From contig NC_042999.1 in assembly GCF_006345805.1 (NCBI RefSeq), positions 16,120,001 through 16,184,000 on the forward strand: 64,000 nt of DNA. Direction: 5' to 3'. The position numbers and the translations under genes were made by a program. Under the pieces are notes generated by a model. That model saw nothing but the letters and a program-made list of their open reading frames with translations. It was not told the DNA's origin and made no database searches. Positions 25,911-39,159 of the stretch are shown one piece after another; the first letter of the stretch is position 1; the number at the start of each line of letters is the position of its first letter. The stretch is from Octopus sinensis. Lineage: Eukaryota.

Positions 25911-28330
25911 AGTAATATATAGACATTTAAGAAAAATTATATTAACGTGTCCTACTTGTTAAAATTCCATTTATTTATTTGTGCAGCTGAAGATAGCACT
26001 GCATTTAAATTGATGACTACTTGATATCCTGTTGCTTATTTTGATATATATATACATATATGACAGGCTTTTTAAAATTTCTCTCTACCAAATTCACTCA
26101 CAAGTCTTTGGTTGGCCTGAGGCTATAGTAGAAGGCACTTGCCTGAGGTACCATGCTTCTTAGCACACAACCACTCCTTCACCTATATGCACTATATTAC
26201 AGTAGAATGAACAGTCATTGGTTCCAATTTTATATCTGATCATATTTAGAAATTTTAGTACCAAGAGTTAGTATAATCTTTAATATAGAAAACCCATCTT
26301 TAATAGTTGAATGAATAGGTTTAGTGCAGAGATGTATCTAGAGTGTAAACCACCTGGAGCAGCTCTTGAGTTTTGCTTCCCACTGTATAGGCTTTTAAAA
26401 CAAACTGAAAAGGGCCACCATTGTAAAAATGTAACCCAGGGTAGACTGTCCCACTCCCATCCCACCCAGCTATATGTTATGGGTTCAGTTGTCATAAAGA
26501 AAGGTAGGTGGGTCTATGGATATATTCCTTATCTCTGAATTATGTTTTTCCAGTGGTTATGATATCATGCAGAGTCTACATTAGTTGTGTGTCTTGAAGT
26601 AAATATAAGATACCACTATTGGGTGCTGAAATCTTCCCATTTTTAAGGTATCGTGAAAGATCTGGTTGGAGGCCCAATCTTCCGAGTTCTTTTACAAAGT
26701 GTAGAAAAACTGAAGGACTGCTACAAGAAGTGTGTGAATCATCATCATCCTCATCTTCATCATCATCATCATCATCCTCATCTTCATCATCATCATCAAT
26801 CATCATCGTTTTACATCTGCTTTCTATGCTGGCATAGGTTGGACGATTTTGACTGAGGACTGGTGAGCCAGAGGCTGCACCAGGCTCAATCTGATCTGGT
26901 AAAGTTTCTACAGCTGGATGCTCTTCCTAATGCCAACCACTCCGAGAATGTAAGGGGTGCTTTTTACATGCCACTGGCACGAGGCCCAGTCAGGCAGTCC
27001 TGGCAACGACCACGCCCAAAATGTTACCCAAAATGGTGCTGGTAAAGCGACGTTGGCAACGATCACGCTCAAATGGTGCTTTTCACATGTCACTGGCACA
27101 GGGTCAATCTGTGGCCCTGACAACGATCACGCCAGGTCTCTTTTGCTGAACTGCTAAGTTACAGGGATGTGAACACACCAGCATCAGTTGTCAAGCGATA
27201 TTGGGGGGACAAACACACACACAAACATATACACACACATTCATACATATACATATATATATACACACATATATACAACGGGCTTCTTTCAGTTTCCATC
27301 TCCCAAATCCACTCACAAGGCTTTGGTCAGCCCAAGGCTATAGTAGAAGACACTTGCCCAAGGTGCCACACAGTGGGACTGAACCCGGAACCATGTAGTT
27401 CGTAAGTAAGCTACTTACCACACAGCCTCTCTTATGCCTGTATATCTTCATTTACAGATGATATTATCTGGATCAGAGTCTAGGAGTTCATTACTCTTTG
27501 ACGTGAATCTGCTCCTACCAGCTAAGAAGGCATTCTACTTGAAAACAGGTAAGGGATGACTACAGGACGATCATCTAACTAGAAAAATCTACCTGAACGA
27601 ATTCTGTCTGACCCATGCAAGCGTGGAAAAACAGACACTAATTTGACAATGAGGATAGATTTAAATCCCTATATGGGGCATTCAATAAAATTACATTTTT
27701 AGTAGCACTTAGATTTGTCTCTTGAACCATTAGCTGTTAAACTATAAAATCTAACTGTTGATTAGAAGTGTTGATTTATGTGCATTTGTGATAGTTTCTG
27801 TGCAGAACGAAATCTAAATAAAGCTTCATATTGCTTTGAGAATATTTATTTTTGCTGTAGTTTTTGAAAATTTTTGTTAAATCCCAAAAGGCTTTTATTG
27901 TATGATTCAAACTCCAACCCTGAGGTAATTCATTAATCATACATCTCTGTATAATGGATGCCCTACGAAGTGGATTAATCAGTTAAAATATGCAAAGCCA
28001 GTAATGGTACTAATTTTTGTTTCAGACTGATTGAATTAATACTAATTGTTACTGCGCAAGAGAGTAATTAAATTTGTCAGGTAACTTTGTGTGATCCGAA
28101 CTTTTTACCAGAAATTACTCGCATTAGTTCATAGCAACATGGAATATTCTCAAGAATTAATGTATTTACTAGATTTAATGTAGTCAAGGAATTTGTTGGC
28201 AAGAAAACAAATAAATCCTAGGTGATACTTTATGTCAATAAATGTAAAGTATAACCTCCATCAATGACACTCTTAATGTAACTATTGTCAATCACGATTT
28301 CAAACTGTGTTTGGAAGATTCAATCCCGTT

Positions 28331-28657
28331 TTAAAAGTCAGATATAGATTTATCCTCAAGTGCAAACCCCAACATTTTAAATTGAAATATTAAAGCAATT
28401 TTCTTTTGAATGAAGCCGAAGGCAGGTGATATAAAATGAAAGCCCACTTGAAAACCTCTGAAGTATAATAAATCATACCTACTGAAGCGACATTGATAGA
28501 TGGAAATCCATGTGACATATTTTGTAAACTTGCTTATCAAAAGAAAGACAGTATTTATTGTGTGGTTAGTGATATAGCTAGCATCGTATCTGATATACCA
28601 TAATTCAGAAATTGTATTGTGAACACTGTAAAATCTTATCAGTTTATTACACAGCAT
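28331..28657 (-). pseudogene. Coding-like LRR-type segment; possible 147-nt symmetric exon at 28479-28625
   Basis: 108-codon ORF in unique AT-rich DNA; tttacag acceptor and ag|gtatga donor; VTWISIYQCRF; downstream LTTLNLVNTLI. Confidence 0.35.
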
Positions 28658-29399
28658 TTCTACTTCCCATCATATGTGATAGATGGGAATATTTAAATAA
28701 GGAATACATTGTGATAACATAAATTTTACATAAAGCTTTGTAGTTTAAATATACGATGTCTTATTCAACTGGTATAGGTTCAATGGGGCATCACAATACA
28801 AGTTAGTTTTATTCTTAGTTAAGAGACTTGAGAGACTATGTTTTACTCAATACACACAACACACACACACACACACACACACATATGTACACATGTGTAC
28901 GTGCTCAGACAGACACGTATGTTGTCATGTACATGAACCCACACATATGCCTGCATTTTGTGTATATAAGTGTATATCTGTATACATACACAGCTTTTAT
29001 AGGTGTATTACTTTTTTTCCACTTGTTTCAGTCAATAGACTGGCCAAGCTGGGGCACCACTTTGAAACATTTTTAGTTGAATGAACCAACCCCAGTGTTT
29101 TTATTTAATTTTTTTCAAGCCTAGTACTTATTCAGTTGTTCTCTATTGCCAAACTGCGAAGTCACTTGGATGTAAACACACCAACATGGGTTATCAAGTG
29201 GTTGTCAATATGAACATTTCAGAGTGTTTACTACACTCACGGAGTGGTTGGCGTTAGGAAGGGCATCCAGCTGTAGAAACACTGCCAGATAAGACCGGAG
29301 CCTGGTGCAGCCTTCTGGCTTCCCAGATCCCTAGTCGAACCGTCCAACCCATGCTAGCATGGAGAACGGACGTTAAACGATGATGATGATGATGATAGG

Positions 29400-30049
29400 T
29401 GTCAATCTGAGAACAGTGCATGTACCGAAAGGGATAAAAATCAAACATATGGTCAATATCATGGTGTTTGTTTAGATCGCTAGTGATGGTGATGTTATGC
29501 TTCCATTCATCTTCCTACATGGCCTCAGATTCAATATGGAGGCCTACATCAAGTGCTTAGAGGAAGCAGTGTTGCCCTGGGTCAAGAGGGTGGTTGCTAA
29601 AGGACCATATGCTTAGCAACAAGACTCTGCATCATGTCACACTATCAGGTGAACCCAGTCATGTATGTCAGACAATTTATGCAACCACATCATCCCTAAC
29701 ATCTGACCGCTTAATTTCCCACATTGCAACCTCCTTGATTATTATGTTTGTGGCACAGTTGAGCGAGAGACCAACAAAACTCCTTGTAACACCAAAGATG
29801 TACTGAAGGCAAGGATTATGGCAGCATTCACCAACTTAAACAAGGAGATTATCTAGGAGAGTTGCAGAAGATTCCAAAGTTGTCTGGAGGCTGTGGTTGA
29901 AGCCAATGACGATTTTATTGAATAAATTTATTCTTTAGTATTTCAAGATATTTTTTATGTAATTTTGGTAAAAATATCTGTTAAAATGAGATGTCAGTGT
30001 TATTTTCATTTTTGCATAATTTAGATGACAGCTTATTCATCACACCCTG
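29400..30049 (+). mobile_element. Decayed mariner/maT-type transposase 3' half with right TIR
   Basis: IMVF...SDGDVMLPFIF.HGLR...YIKCLEEAVLPWVKRV...QQDSA..H...NLLDYYV; ends CACACCCTG|TA. Confidence 0.85.
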
Positions 30050-30429
30050 TATCATCATCATCATTGCTCTACATCCACTTTCCATGCTGGCATGGGTTGG
30101 ACAGTTTGACAGAGGGCTGGTGAACCAGAGGCTGCACCAGGCCCAATCTGTAGAAACTTTCAAAGTTTCTACAGCTGGATGCCCTTCCTAATGCCAACCA
30201 CACCAAGAGTGTAGTGGGTGCTTTTATTTGCCACTGACACAAGGGCCAGTCAGGCAGTTCTGGCAACGACCATTCTCAAAGGTGTTTTTACATGCTACAT
30301 GCATGGGAGCCAGTCCGGTGGCACTGGCAATGACCATGCTTGAATGCTGTCTTTATTTTTATATATATATATGTATGCATGTACATATGTATGTACGTAC
30401 GTTGGTACGTATGTATGTATGTATGTATG

Positions 30430-30460
<31 letters not shown>

Positions 30461-30860
30461 GTACACATATGTGACCGCATGTGTATCGTTGGCGATTTTC
30501 TTTCTCCGTCTTCCCTTCCTTGGACCTTTCCTTTTTCTATGTTTCTGATGAAGATCTCCACTCAAAACATTAAATCCTCCTTCTTTCTTTCCTTTCCTGA
30601 GTGTTCAATAACACTATACTTGTTCCACGTCCTCGCATTGTTGTGTTTTCTCCTTGTGTTTTCATGTTTGGATTAACTATACATACAACAAACAGTTTTT
30701 CTCAACTATCTCCACTCATGAAGCTTTGGCTAGTTGAAGGCTATAGCAAGAGACACTTGTTCAAGGTGACATGCTGTGGAGCTGAACCTAGAACCATGTT
30801 GATGGGAAGCAAACTTCTTACTGCACAGCCACACCTGTAGATAATCTTATTTCTGATTAC

Positions 30861-31020
30861 CTGATATTTATGATACAGAGAATTATGCCCAGTCTAAGGT
30901 GGTTCCCTCAGATTCTAATGTTAGAGGAAATGAACAAGCTTTATAGAACTTGATGTGTTTTAAGTCATATATATTTCTATAAAAATGTTTGGTTACACAC
31001 TGTTCTATATGGGAGCAGAC
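30861..31020 (-). pseudogene. Exon-like segment with premature stops
   Basis: tctttccttttcag acceptor, 46 open codons (IYDLKHIKFYKACSF), stop, then cag|gtaatc donor. Confidence 0.3.
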
Positions 31021-31338
31021 CTGAAAAGGAAAGATTGTTTACCAAATATATTAGTGAAAAATGATATGGCGATAAAATATTTAGAATTCTGAAACAATGT
31101 CTCCATACAAATCAAAATGTCACAGAAGTGTGTTTTGAAAGAATGTGAGCATATTATTTTTCAAAGATAATAAAACAGAAGTAGGGTGCTAATGTCACTC
31201 CATGACATTGTTGAAAGACATGAATATTGTAAATTCAAACAATTTGCTCTCATAGAACCAACAATCCTTAATTCTCAGTGCCATTCTGTATGGAGCTAAC
31301 TTCTATTTGATGTTCTCTTAAAATTTTGTAACTTATTA

Positions 31339-32264
31339 CCGTAAATACTTGAGTATAGTCCACCCTTGAGTATAATACACAGGGGATTTTTAGGGAACTG
31401 TAACTCTGAAAAACCTAGACCTTGTGTATAATACACACCCCTTCTCTAACTTGAGTCAAGGAGGTCTATATAACGTCCTTGGTTTGTAAAAATGTATACG
31501 GTAACGTACTTTATTATTATTGTATACTAGCAGTATTGCCCTGCGTTGCTCAGACTTGTTTTGACCCTTTAGAATAGAAATATTTGAAAAGTAAAAATTT
31601 TGCATTATGTAGCTTGTTATTCTCTTTAAGTGAACATTTTTCTGGTTGAAATACACTAAAAAATGGCGACAGAGCAGTAAAAAAAATCGTAAAAAATAGG
31701 GATCTTTTACACCTTTTTGATGTAAATACACCTTTTTTGATACACCTTTTTGATGTAAATAATTTTTGGTCTTAACATGGTTCGATTTGAATTTTATCTT
31801 CTACGGAATGAAGAGCAAGCCTTCTTCGATCATAGTCTCACTTTTGGTCAACTTGCTCTGCAAGGTCTCGGAGGAGATAATGTTAGTTGAAGGCTACCAA
31901 TCCTGCCACACACAGACAACTTCAGCTTTATATATATAGATATAACATTATGCAAATGTGTAGCATTTTCGTGCATTTTGTTTGCAGAAAATAAAGAAAT
32001 AACAGTCATAATGTTTAATAAATGTTGCTTACGGCAAGTTATGGATGATTCTTTTATGACTTCATTGCTTTCAGGCTTAGCTTAAGGTATTTTCGCACCT
32101 GACATCACAAAATGCATCTGAATAAACATTGCCGGACAGCAAATAGAGACTTGGACATTGCATAGAAAATGATTTTCATTTTTAACCTCGTATATAGTTT
32201 GTACTAGGGAATTTGACCTTTAAATTTTGGGAAAAGAATGCGGATTATACTCGAGGATTTATGG
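31339..32264. mobile_element. Tc1/mariner (pogo-like) MITE interrupted by a Helitron
   Basis: TIRs CCGTAAATACTTGAGTATAGTCC and rc CCATAAATCCTCGAGTATAATCC; TA TSDs. Confidence 0.72.
31527..31940 (-). mobile_element. Non-autonomous Helitron nested in a MITE
   Basis: Reverse complement of the same family. Confidence 0.82.
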
Positions 32265-32983
32265 TACTTATCTTGAACTGTGTCAGTGAACAGGTTACTG
32301 TTTGTGTGAAGAAACTTTTGACACCAAATGATAAACGATTAAGGGATGTTAAGGCCTTCTTTTATCTTTGTGTATCTTTTACTTCTTCCAGTCATTAGAC
32401 TGCGGCCATGCTGGGGCACAGCTTTAAAGAATTTTGGTTGAACAAATTGACCCCAGGAATCATTATTTATTTAAGTGTGGGATTTATTCTATTGATTTCT
32501 TTCATTCACCGAATTGCTAAGTTACAGGGATGTAAACACACCAACACTGGTTGGCAAGTGGTGGTGGTAGTGGTGGGGACAAGCACAAACACACACACAC
32601 ACACACACACAAATACATACACATATACATACATGTATATATATGTATATGTGTATGAATGAGTGTGTGTGTATATATATATATGTATATATATATATAT
32701 GTATATAATTAATTAATAAGGGTGAGAGAATTAGATACTAATTTAATAGTATATCTATTCAACACCAAGTGGCCTAGTGCTCCGAGAAACCTGGATTATT
32801 ATAAATTTTATAACATATTATATATTTTTACAAATAAATATAAGAGAGTGGTCACTATATGGCTCACTCTAGCACCAGTTAATCCAAAAGGTTTCAACCA
32901 CGAAAATACATGTTTCCCATGAAGTCAGTACGATTGTTAGCTCACACGGACAGGGCAAATAAAAAATACAAAAATACAGATTA

Positions 32984-33065
32984 TTTTGGGACAATTGTTT
33001 CGCTATTAATGAATTAAATGTAATTTTACTTACAAAAAAATCCATTTGTAGCTCGTCAGCCAAAA
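32984..33065 (-). ncRNA. Intact type I hammerhead with extended stem II
   Basis: UUUUGG-CUGACGA-GCUA...UAGC-GAAA-CAAUUG-UC^-CCAAAA. The long stem II has internal helices AAUGGA/UUCAUU and UGUAA/UUACA. Confidence 0.87.
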
Positions 33066-33569
33066 CTATCTGGATGAATCCACTCAATCACACGCCAGAT
33101 TTTACCATAACGATAAATACGCGTGTGGTTCAATTGATTACATCCGACGTTAGTATATATATATATATAACTTTATAGATAAAAGGGTAAGAATTATCAA
33201 ATAGCATTTTACCAGTGGCCAGCATGTGTAATAAGAGTCAGAAGACATAAATACTTTTGTATATAATAGTGTATATTTCATACAATATTATACATACATA
33301 CATACATACATACATACATACATACATACATACATACGTACATACATACATACATACATACATACATAATACACACACACACATAAATATATATATATAT
33401 ATATATAATGCAATGAGCTTCTTTCAGTTTCTGTCTACCAAATCCTTTTGCAAGGCTGTGGTCGGCACAAAGCTATAGTTGTAGAGACTTGCCCAAGGTG
33501 CCAGTCAGAGAGACTGAACCCAGAACAATGTGTTTGGGAAGAAAACTTTTAACCACACACTCACACGTG

Positions 33570-35400
33570 CTTCTTTTGTGTATTTTTAAATGGCTAATAT
33601 GCATTTGTAATTGCTTTAGTTTCAACAGGGGTCTCAGATCAAATCCTTTGCAGGACAAATCTCTCTCTATATAAAGCTGAAATTGTCTGAAATTGTCTGA
33701 AATTGAGAGTATGATAGAAGAAGGCTTGCTCTTCCTTCCGTAGAAGAAAAAATTCAAATCGGACCATGTTAACACCAAAAATTATTTACATCAAAAAGGT
33801 GCTTTTTTTTCTACGAAAATCTCTATTTTTTACGACTTTTTGACTGCTGTGTCACCATTTTTCAGTGTATTTCAACCAGAAAAATGTTCACTTAAGGAGA
33901 ATAACAAGCTACATAATGCAAAATTTTTACTTTTCAAAAATTCCAATTCTAAAGGGTCGAAAAGAAAACAAGCCCGAGCGACGCTGGGCTATACTGCTAG
34001 TAAATCTATAAATCTCTTCCACTGATTCTTTATCTAATATGCAATAGTCTTGCTAATTCTTGAGACTTATTACTTCCTGAATAATTTCAAAGCCTGTGTC
34101 AACTCTTATAACTCCATGCATAATTGATAAGGCCAGTTATCTTGATGTAATCCATTTCTGCAAACAGAAATGTTGAATATTACACAGCAGTTTGTTCCAT
34201 TAAAAAAGCATATGCTTCCCTTAACAAAAGCTTTCTGTTCCGATCTTGTTCCTTTTCAAAATAATGTAGAGCAATTCTGAATTGATTGTATTTATGTGAC
34301 CAGACATATGTAGTATGGTAGCTAGAGCCAGGAAAAGATGATGGTTTAAGAACTGCTTAGATATCTTACTGGATGAAGAAAATGGTAATCTAAGAAAATT
34401 CTGAGAATTTCAAAGATTAACCTTCTGACCCATGATTTCTAAGAAACATTATCTTGTGAGCGGAGCATTAAATTTACTAATCTAATGCACTTGATGTGTA
34501 TATGCGTGTGAGTATTTGTATGTGTGTGTGTGTGTGAGTGTGTGTGGGTGTGCTTGTTTGTGTACGTGTGTGCACTTGTGTAGGTGTATGTGTGTGTGCT
34601 TGTATATATATGTGTGTGTGTGTGTGTGCTTGTTTGTGTGTGTGTGTGTGTGTGTATGCTTGTTTGTGTGTGGGTGTGTATGTGTGTGCATGTGTGTGTG
34701 CATGTGTGTGTGTGTGTGCATGTGTGTGTGCTTGTTTGTGTGTGTGTGAGTGTGTTTGTGTATGCTTGTGTATGTGTGTGCGTGCATGTGTGTGTGTATG
34801 TGTGCATGTGTTTATGTATGTGTGTGCGTGCTCATGTGTGAGTGCAAGTGAGCAAATGCTATGCGCTGGCCACAGTCTCTTCCTCCCGACTAATAACTAT
34901 GACAAGACATAAAAGAAATGACACAAAAGGAATTCAGACAGACATCCTTGCTTTCTGCAATAAAATCTTGCTTTCTGTATCCAAAACTCAGACTTTATTA
35001 TAAGGTTAGCGTAATGACTGGTATACATGATAACTTGAAAGAATTCCACTGAATCCTCAAGTTTTGCATCAAAGTTTTGCAGAAGAATGAACTGATTCCG
35101 ATCTGCAGGATCAGTAACATTATTTTGCAAGAAAATTTCAGCATAAGTTTGTTGAAAACAAACCTCTCTCACACTGTTTCTCTCTCCTATCACTTCTTAT
35201 TCACAAATGAAACTCATGTCGTTCTGTGTTCCTTATCAGTTGCAGCCAGTTACTTTTCTTTTAACTTGGAGAATGTAAAACTCATCTGTATTACAATAAT
35301 TTCTTTCCAACCAACTTCTCCTTGAAGAAGGTCTTATCTAAACATTGGATTTTCACACCTCATAGCAAATTCATTGTATTCTTTTTATTGCTTTTACAAT
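33570..35400 (-). pseudogene. Decayed NACHT (NLR-type STAND NTPase) coding region
   Basis: Across stops and frameshifts, in the expected order: LLQGEVG/GKKLL (Walker A-like, 35305-35331), FILLQNFDA (Walker B-like, 35065-35088), VIMYTS (sensor-1-like), IPFVSFLLCLV (HD1 P..C-like) and YHFLHP (winged-helix-like, 34370-34387). Later spacings are shorter than canonical. Interrupted by (GT)n and a Helitron. Confidence 0.45.
33660..34000 (+). mobile_element. Non-autonomous Helitron
   Basis: 5'-TC, 3' hairpin GCCCGAGCGACGCTGGGC, CTAG end, inserted between A and T with no TSD. Confidence 0.85.
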
Positions 35401-35849
35401 ATATATTATGCACCACAAATATTCAAATTTGACTTAACACTAATACAATTATCTAATTTACAACTGTGTTATATAGAAACTGACCTTTGGTATTGATTGT
35501 AGAAAAATTTGGGTCAATCTTCTCTGATGAGAAACCATGAAACAGTGTTCTAGGAGACTCTCTCCGTCGCTTTTATACTTGTGCTTACATTTTTTATCAA
35601 CCCCACAGTGAAGCTTTCTAATATTAAAATTTACTTTGTTTTTATTTCAGGACTTTTGTTTTATGGTTTGTTGCATATGTGTATGTATTTAAACATACAT
35701 ACATATATAAATACAAATTTATATATGTGCATGAGTGTGTGTATACACGTATATGTATAAAAAAAACACATATACACATAATCATACATACACATACATA
35801 CATAAACATACATGAACATATACATATATATATACACGCATACATGAAC

Positions 35850-35933
<84 letters not shown>

Positions 35934-36357
35934 AGAAGGTTTGGAGGTGATATCTCTCTCCACACCTACACACTCAATAATACTATAAAAAGAGATGAAT
36001 CCCCTCAAAAAATTCAAATCTGAAGAATCTACAAGAGTAGATGCAAGTGCTAATATCTGATTTACAAAAACATGTGACATATTAATAAAAATCTGTAAAT
36101 ATACAACCAACCAGATTTCTGAGTACCTTATTTTTTCTAATATATATATCTATATATATATACTTGTATCTATATATATATGTACATACATACATACGTG
36201 TGTGTGTGTGTGTGTGTTGGGGAGTACATGTTTTGGTGACCACATGTGTTTATATTTCCTGGTGTCAATCAGTGTATCCAAGTACAACATTCATGTAAAA
36301 ACAACATATTTTGTTGATTTTATAAACAAGGATCAGCAAAGAAGTTAGTGGTATCCA

Positions 36358-36521
36358 TAGGCGCAGAAGTGGCTTTATGGTAAGTAGTTTGCTTACCAAC
36401 CACATGGTTCCAGGCTCAGTCCAACTGCATGGCACCTTGGGCAAGTGTCTTTTACTTTCGCCTCAGGATGACCAAAGCCTTGTGAGCAGATTTGGTAGAT
36501 GGAAACTGAAAGAAGACCTTC

Positions 36522-36559
<38 letters not shown>

Positions 36560-36760
36560 CTGTGTTTGTCCCCCACCATCGCTTGACAACCGATGTTAGT
36601 GTGTTCACATCCCCGTAACTTAGCAGTTCGGCAAAAGACACTGATAGAATAAGTACTAGGCTTACAAAGAATAAGTCCTGGGGTCGATTTGTTCGACTAA
36701 AGGCTGTGCGCTCCAGCATGGCCGCAGTCAAATGACTGAAACAAGTAAAAGAAAAAAAGA
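36358..36760 (+). mobile_element. SINE family A, followed by a second tail at 36790-37030
   Basis: Colinear with family A. Other copies include 19445-19770, 27135-27430, 60385-60580 and 62167-62335. Confidence 0.85.
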
Positions 36761-37089
36761 AAAAAGAAGAAAAAAGAAATATATACACATATACACATGT
36801 ATGCGTGTGTGTCTTTTTGTCAGTGTTTGTCCCCCACTGCTGCTTGGCAATCAGTGTCAGTGTGTTCACATCCCTATAACTTAGCACTTCATCAAAAGAA
36901 ACTGCTAGAATATGTACTAGGCTTTTAAAGAAATAAGTACTGGCGTTGATTCATTCGGCTAAAAGTTCTTCAAGGTGCTGCCCCAGCATGGCCGCAGTCT
37001 AATGACTCAGACAAGTGAAAGATAAAAGATAAACACTATATATGTATTTTGATATATAGTTTCATGTATATATGTATGTATGTATATAG

Positions 37090-37133
<44 letters not shown>

Positions 37134-37467
37134 ATATATATATATATATATATATTTCCATTGATCGAATCAGAATCGAAATCGATCAATGGAAATTGCA
37201 GCTGAGATACCAGTGCCGGTGGCACGTAAATAGCACCCACTACACTCATGGAGTGGTTGGCGTTAGGAAGGGCATCCAGCTGTAGAAACACTGCCAGATC
37301 AGACTGGAGCCTGGTGCAGCCTTCTGGCTTCCCAGACCCCAGTTGAACCGTCCAACCCATGCTAGCATGGAAAGCGGACGCTAAACAATGATGATGATGA
37401 TGATATATATATATATATATACATATGTATATATATATATATATATATATGTTTATATATATATATA

Positions 37468-37625
37468 TATAAAATATTATTAGAGACAAAACCACTATTT
37501 TGCAAAACAAACAAGGAAAGACTTAATCAATACATAAAATTTTAATATTAAAATTTTATGTATTGATTAAGTCTTTCCTTGTTTGTTTTGCAAAATAGTG
37601 GTTTTGTCTCTAATAATATTTTATA
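37468..37625. repeat. Perfect 158-bp palindrome with no spacer
   Basis: Centre between 37546 and 37547 (tttaat|attaaa); the 79-bp arms were checked by hand; (TA)n flanks. Confidence 0.92.
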
Positions 37626-37703
37626 ATATTTTACTATAAAATTGGATTTAATCCTAAATCTGATTTTTTCCCTGTAAATTTGGATTTATTCCCTAATATT
37701 TAT

Positions 37704-37749
<46 letters not shown>

Positions 37750-37766
37750 GTATAATATTATATATG

Positions 37767-37852
<86 letters not shown>

Positions 37853-37853
37853 C

Positions 37854-37888
<35 letters not shown>

Positions 37889-38616
37889 CATCATACACAG
37901 ATATTTTGCGTATCGTTGTCAAATAGTTGCTTCTGTTGATATTTGGATTCAAGTAAATGTAACCAGATGTTTTAGCTGTCCTCTCTAAGCAATAATCAGA
38001 CTCTCTAACCAGAAATATATATAATACACATAGCTATCATCAATCAGTTTATGTAAAACCGAAGAACAAAAAATAAATATATATATATATATAAATAAAT
38101 AAAATATAAAATGCACATGCTTTCAACTCAACATTGATTAGCGGAAGCAATCTTGTATCATTAAACCAAATCAACTTAGGAATAAATCGATGGTACACTT
38201 TCAAATAATCTTCATCTTTTCACATATTTTTCTCTTTCTTTTATTTATATATTTTGTTCTTTATTTTTTCCTATCACAATGATTTCATCGGACATAGTTA
38301 TGAGAATGGCCATTTATAGGAGAAAGTAACGAAGTAGGATCTTTGCCAAAAATACTGGTTCTTATTCTGTCATTCTAATATATCATGTAAATTGCTAAAT
38401 ATTATGCTTTGTTTTAACATTTTTGCTATATATATATATATATATGCTTTTTTTTTCTTTTCATATGTTTCCCAAATATAAATTCGATAGCTATTGCACA
38501 TGGATAATTTCAGCAATGTTGAAGAAATGTTTTCATATTTCTCCCTTATACATCGATGTCTCTGAGACACAGAGATCTATATGTATGTGTGTGAGTGTGT
38601 GTGTGTGTGTGGTGTG

Positions 38617-38648
<32 letters not shown>

Positions 38649-38815
38649 TATATGATTGAGGGCTCAGCATGACTCATACATACACACATATATATGAATA
38701 GATACACACATACACACACATGTATATATATATATTATATATACGCACATATATGTGCGTGTGTATATATATACATACACACCTATATATATATATATAT
38801 ATATACACCCACATC

Positions 38816-38850
<35 letters not shown>

Positions 38851-39159
38851 TTAGTTTAGTTTGAAGATACATCTCAGAGATGCTCTGGGTTGCATCGTCA
38901 GTGATGTATCTGAGGTCCCAAGTGGCTTGAGATCTTTCACCATCAGACCCCCACACCTCACCCAGTTAACCCACCCAGCATTGATCAAGTCTCAGCTTGC
39001 CTCCTAGTAGCAGCCAACCAATGGTCTGTCTTCTTTATCCAAAGCCACATAGAAGACTTTCTCTGTCGTTTCAGTGATGGAGCTTCTAGCCTGCCCTCCT
39101 CTTAGCTGTGCCACTAACTCCATGTTAGTTGCAGGTTTGTCAAGTGATGCCAGGGGAGA

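Noticed and set aside
27458-27548. 91-nt exon-like segment with strong splice sites
   Set aside because: The donor lies in sequence resembling the RTE-related repeat tail that follows; probably repeat-derived.
35524-35550. CTGATGA...GAAA spacing
   Set aside because: No stem II or stem I can form; chance match.
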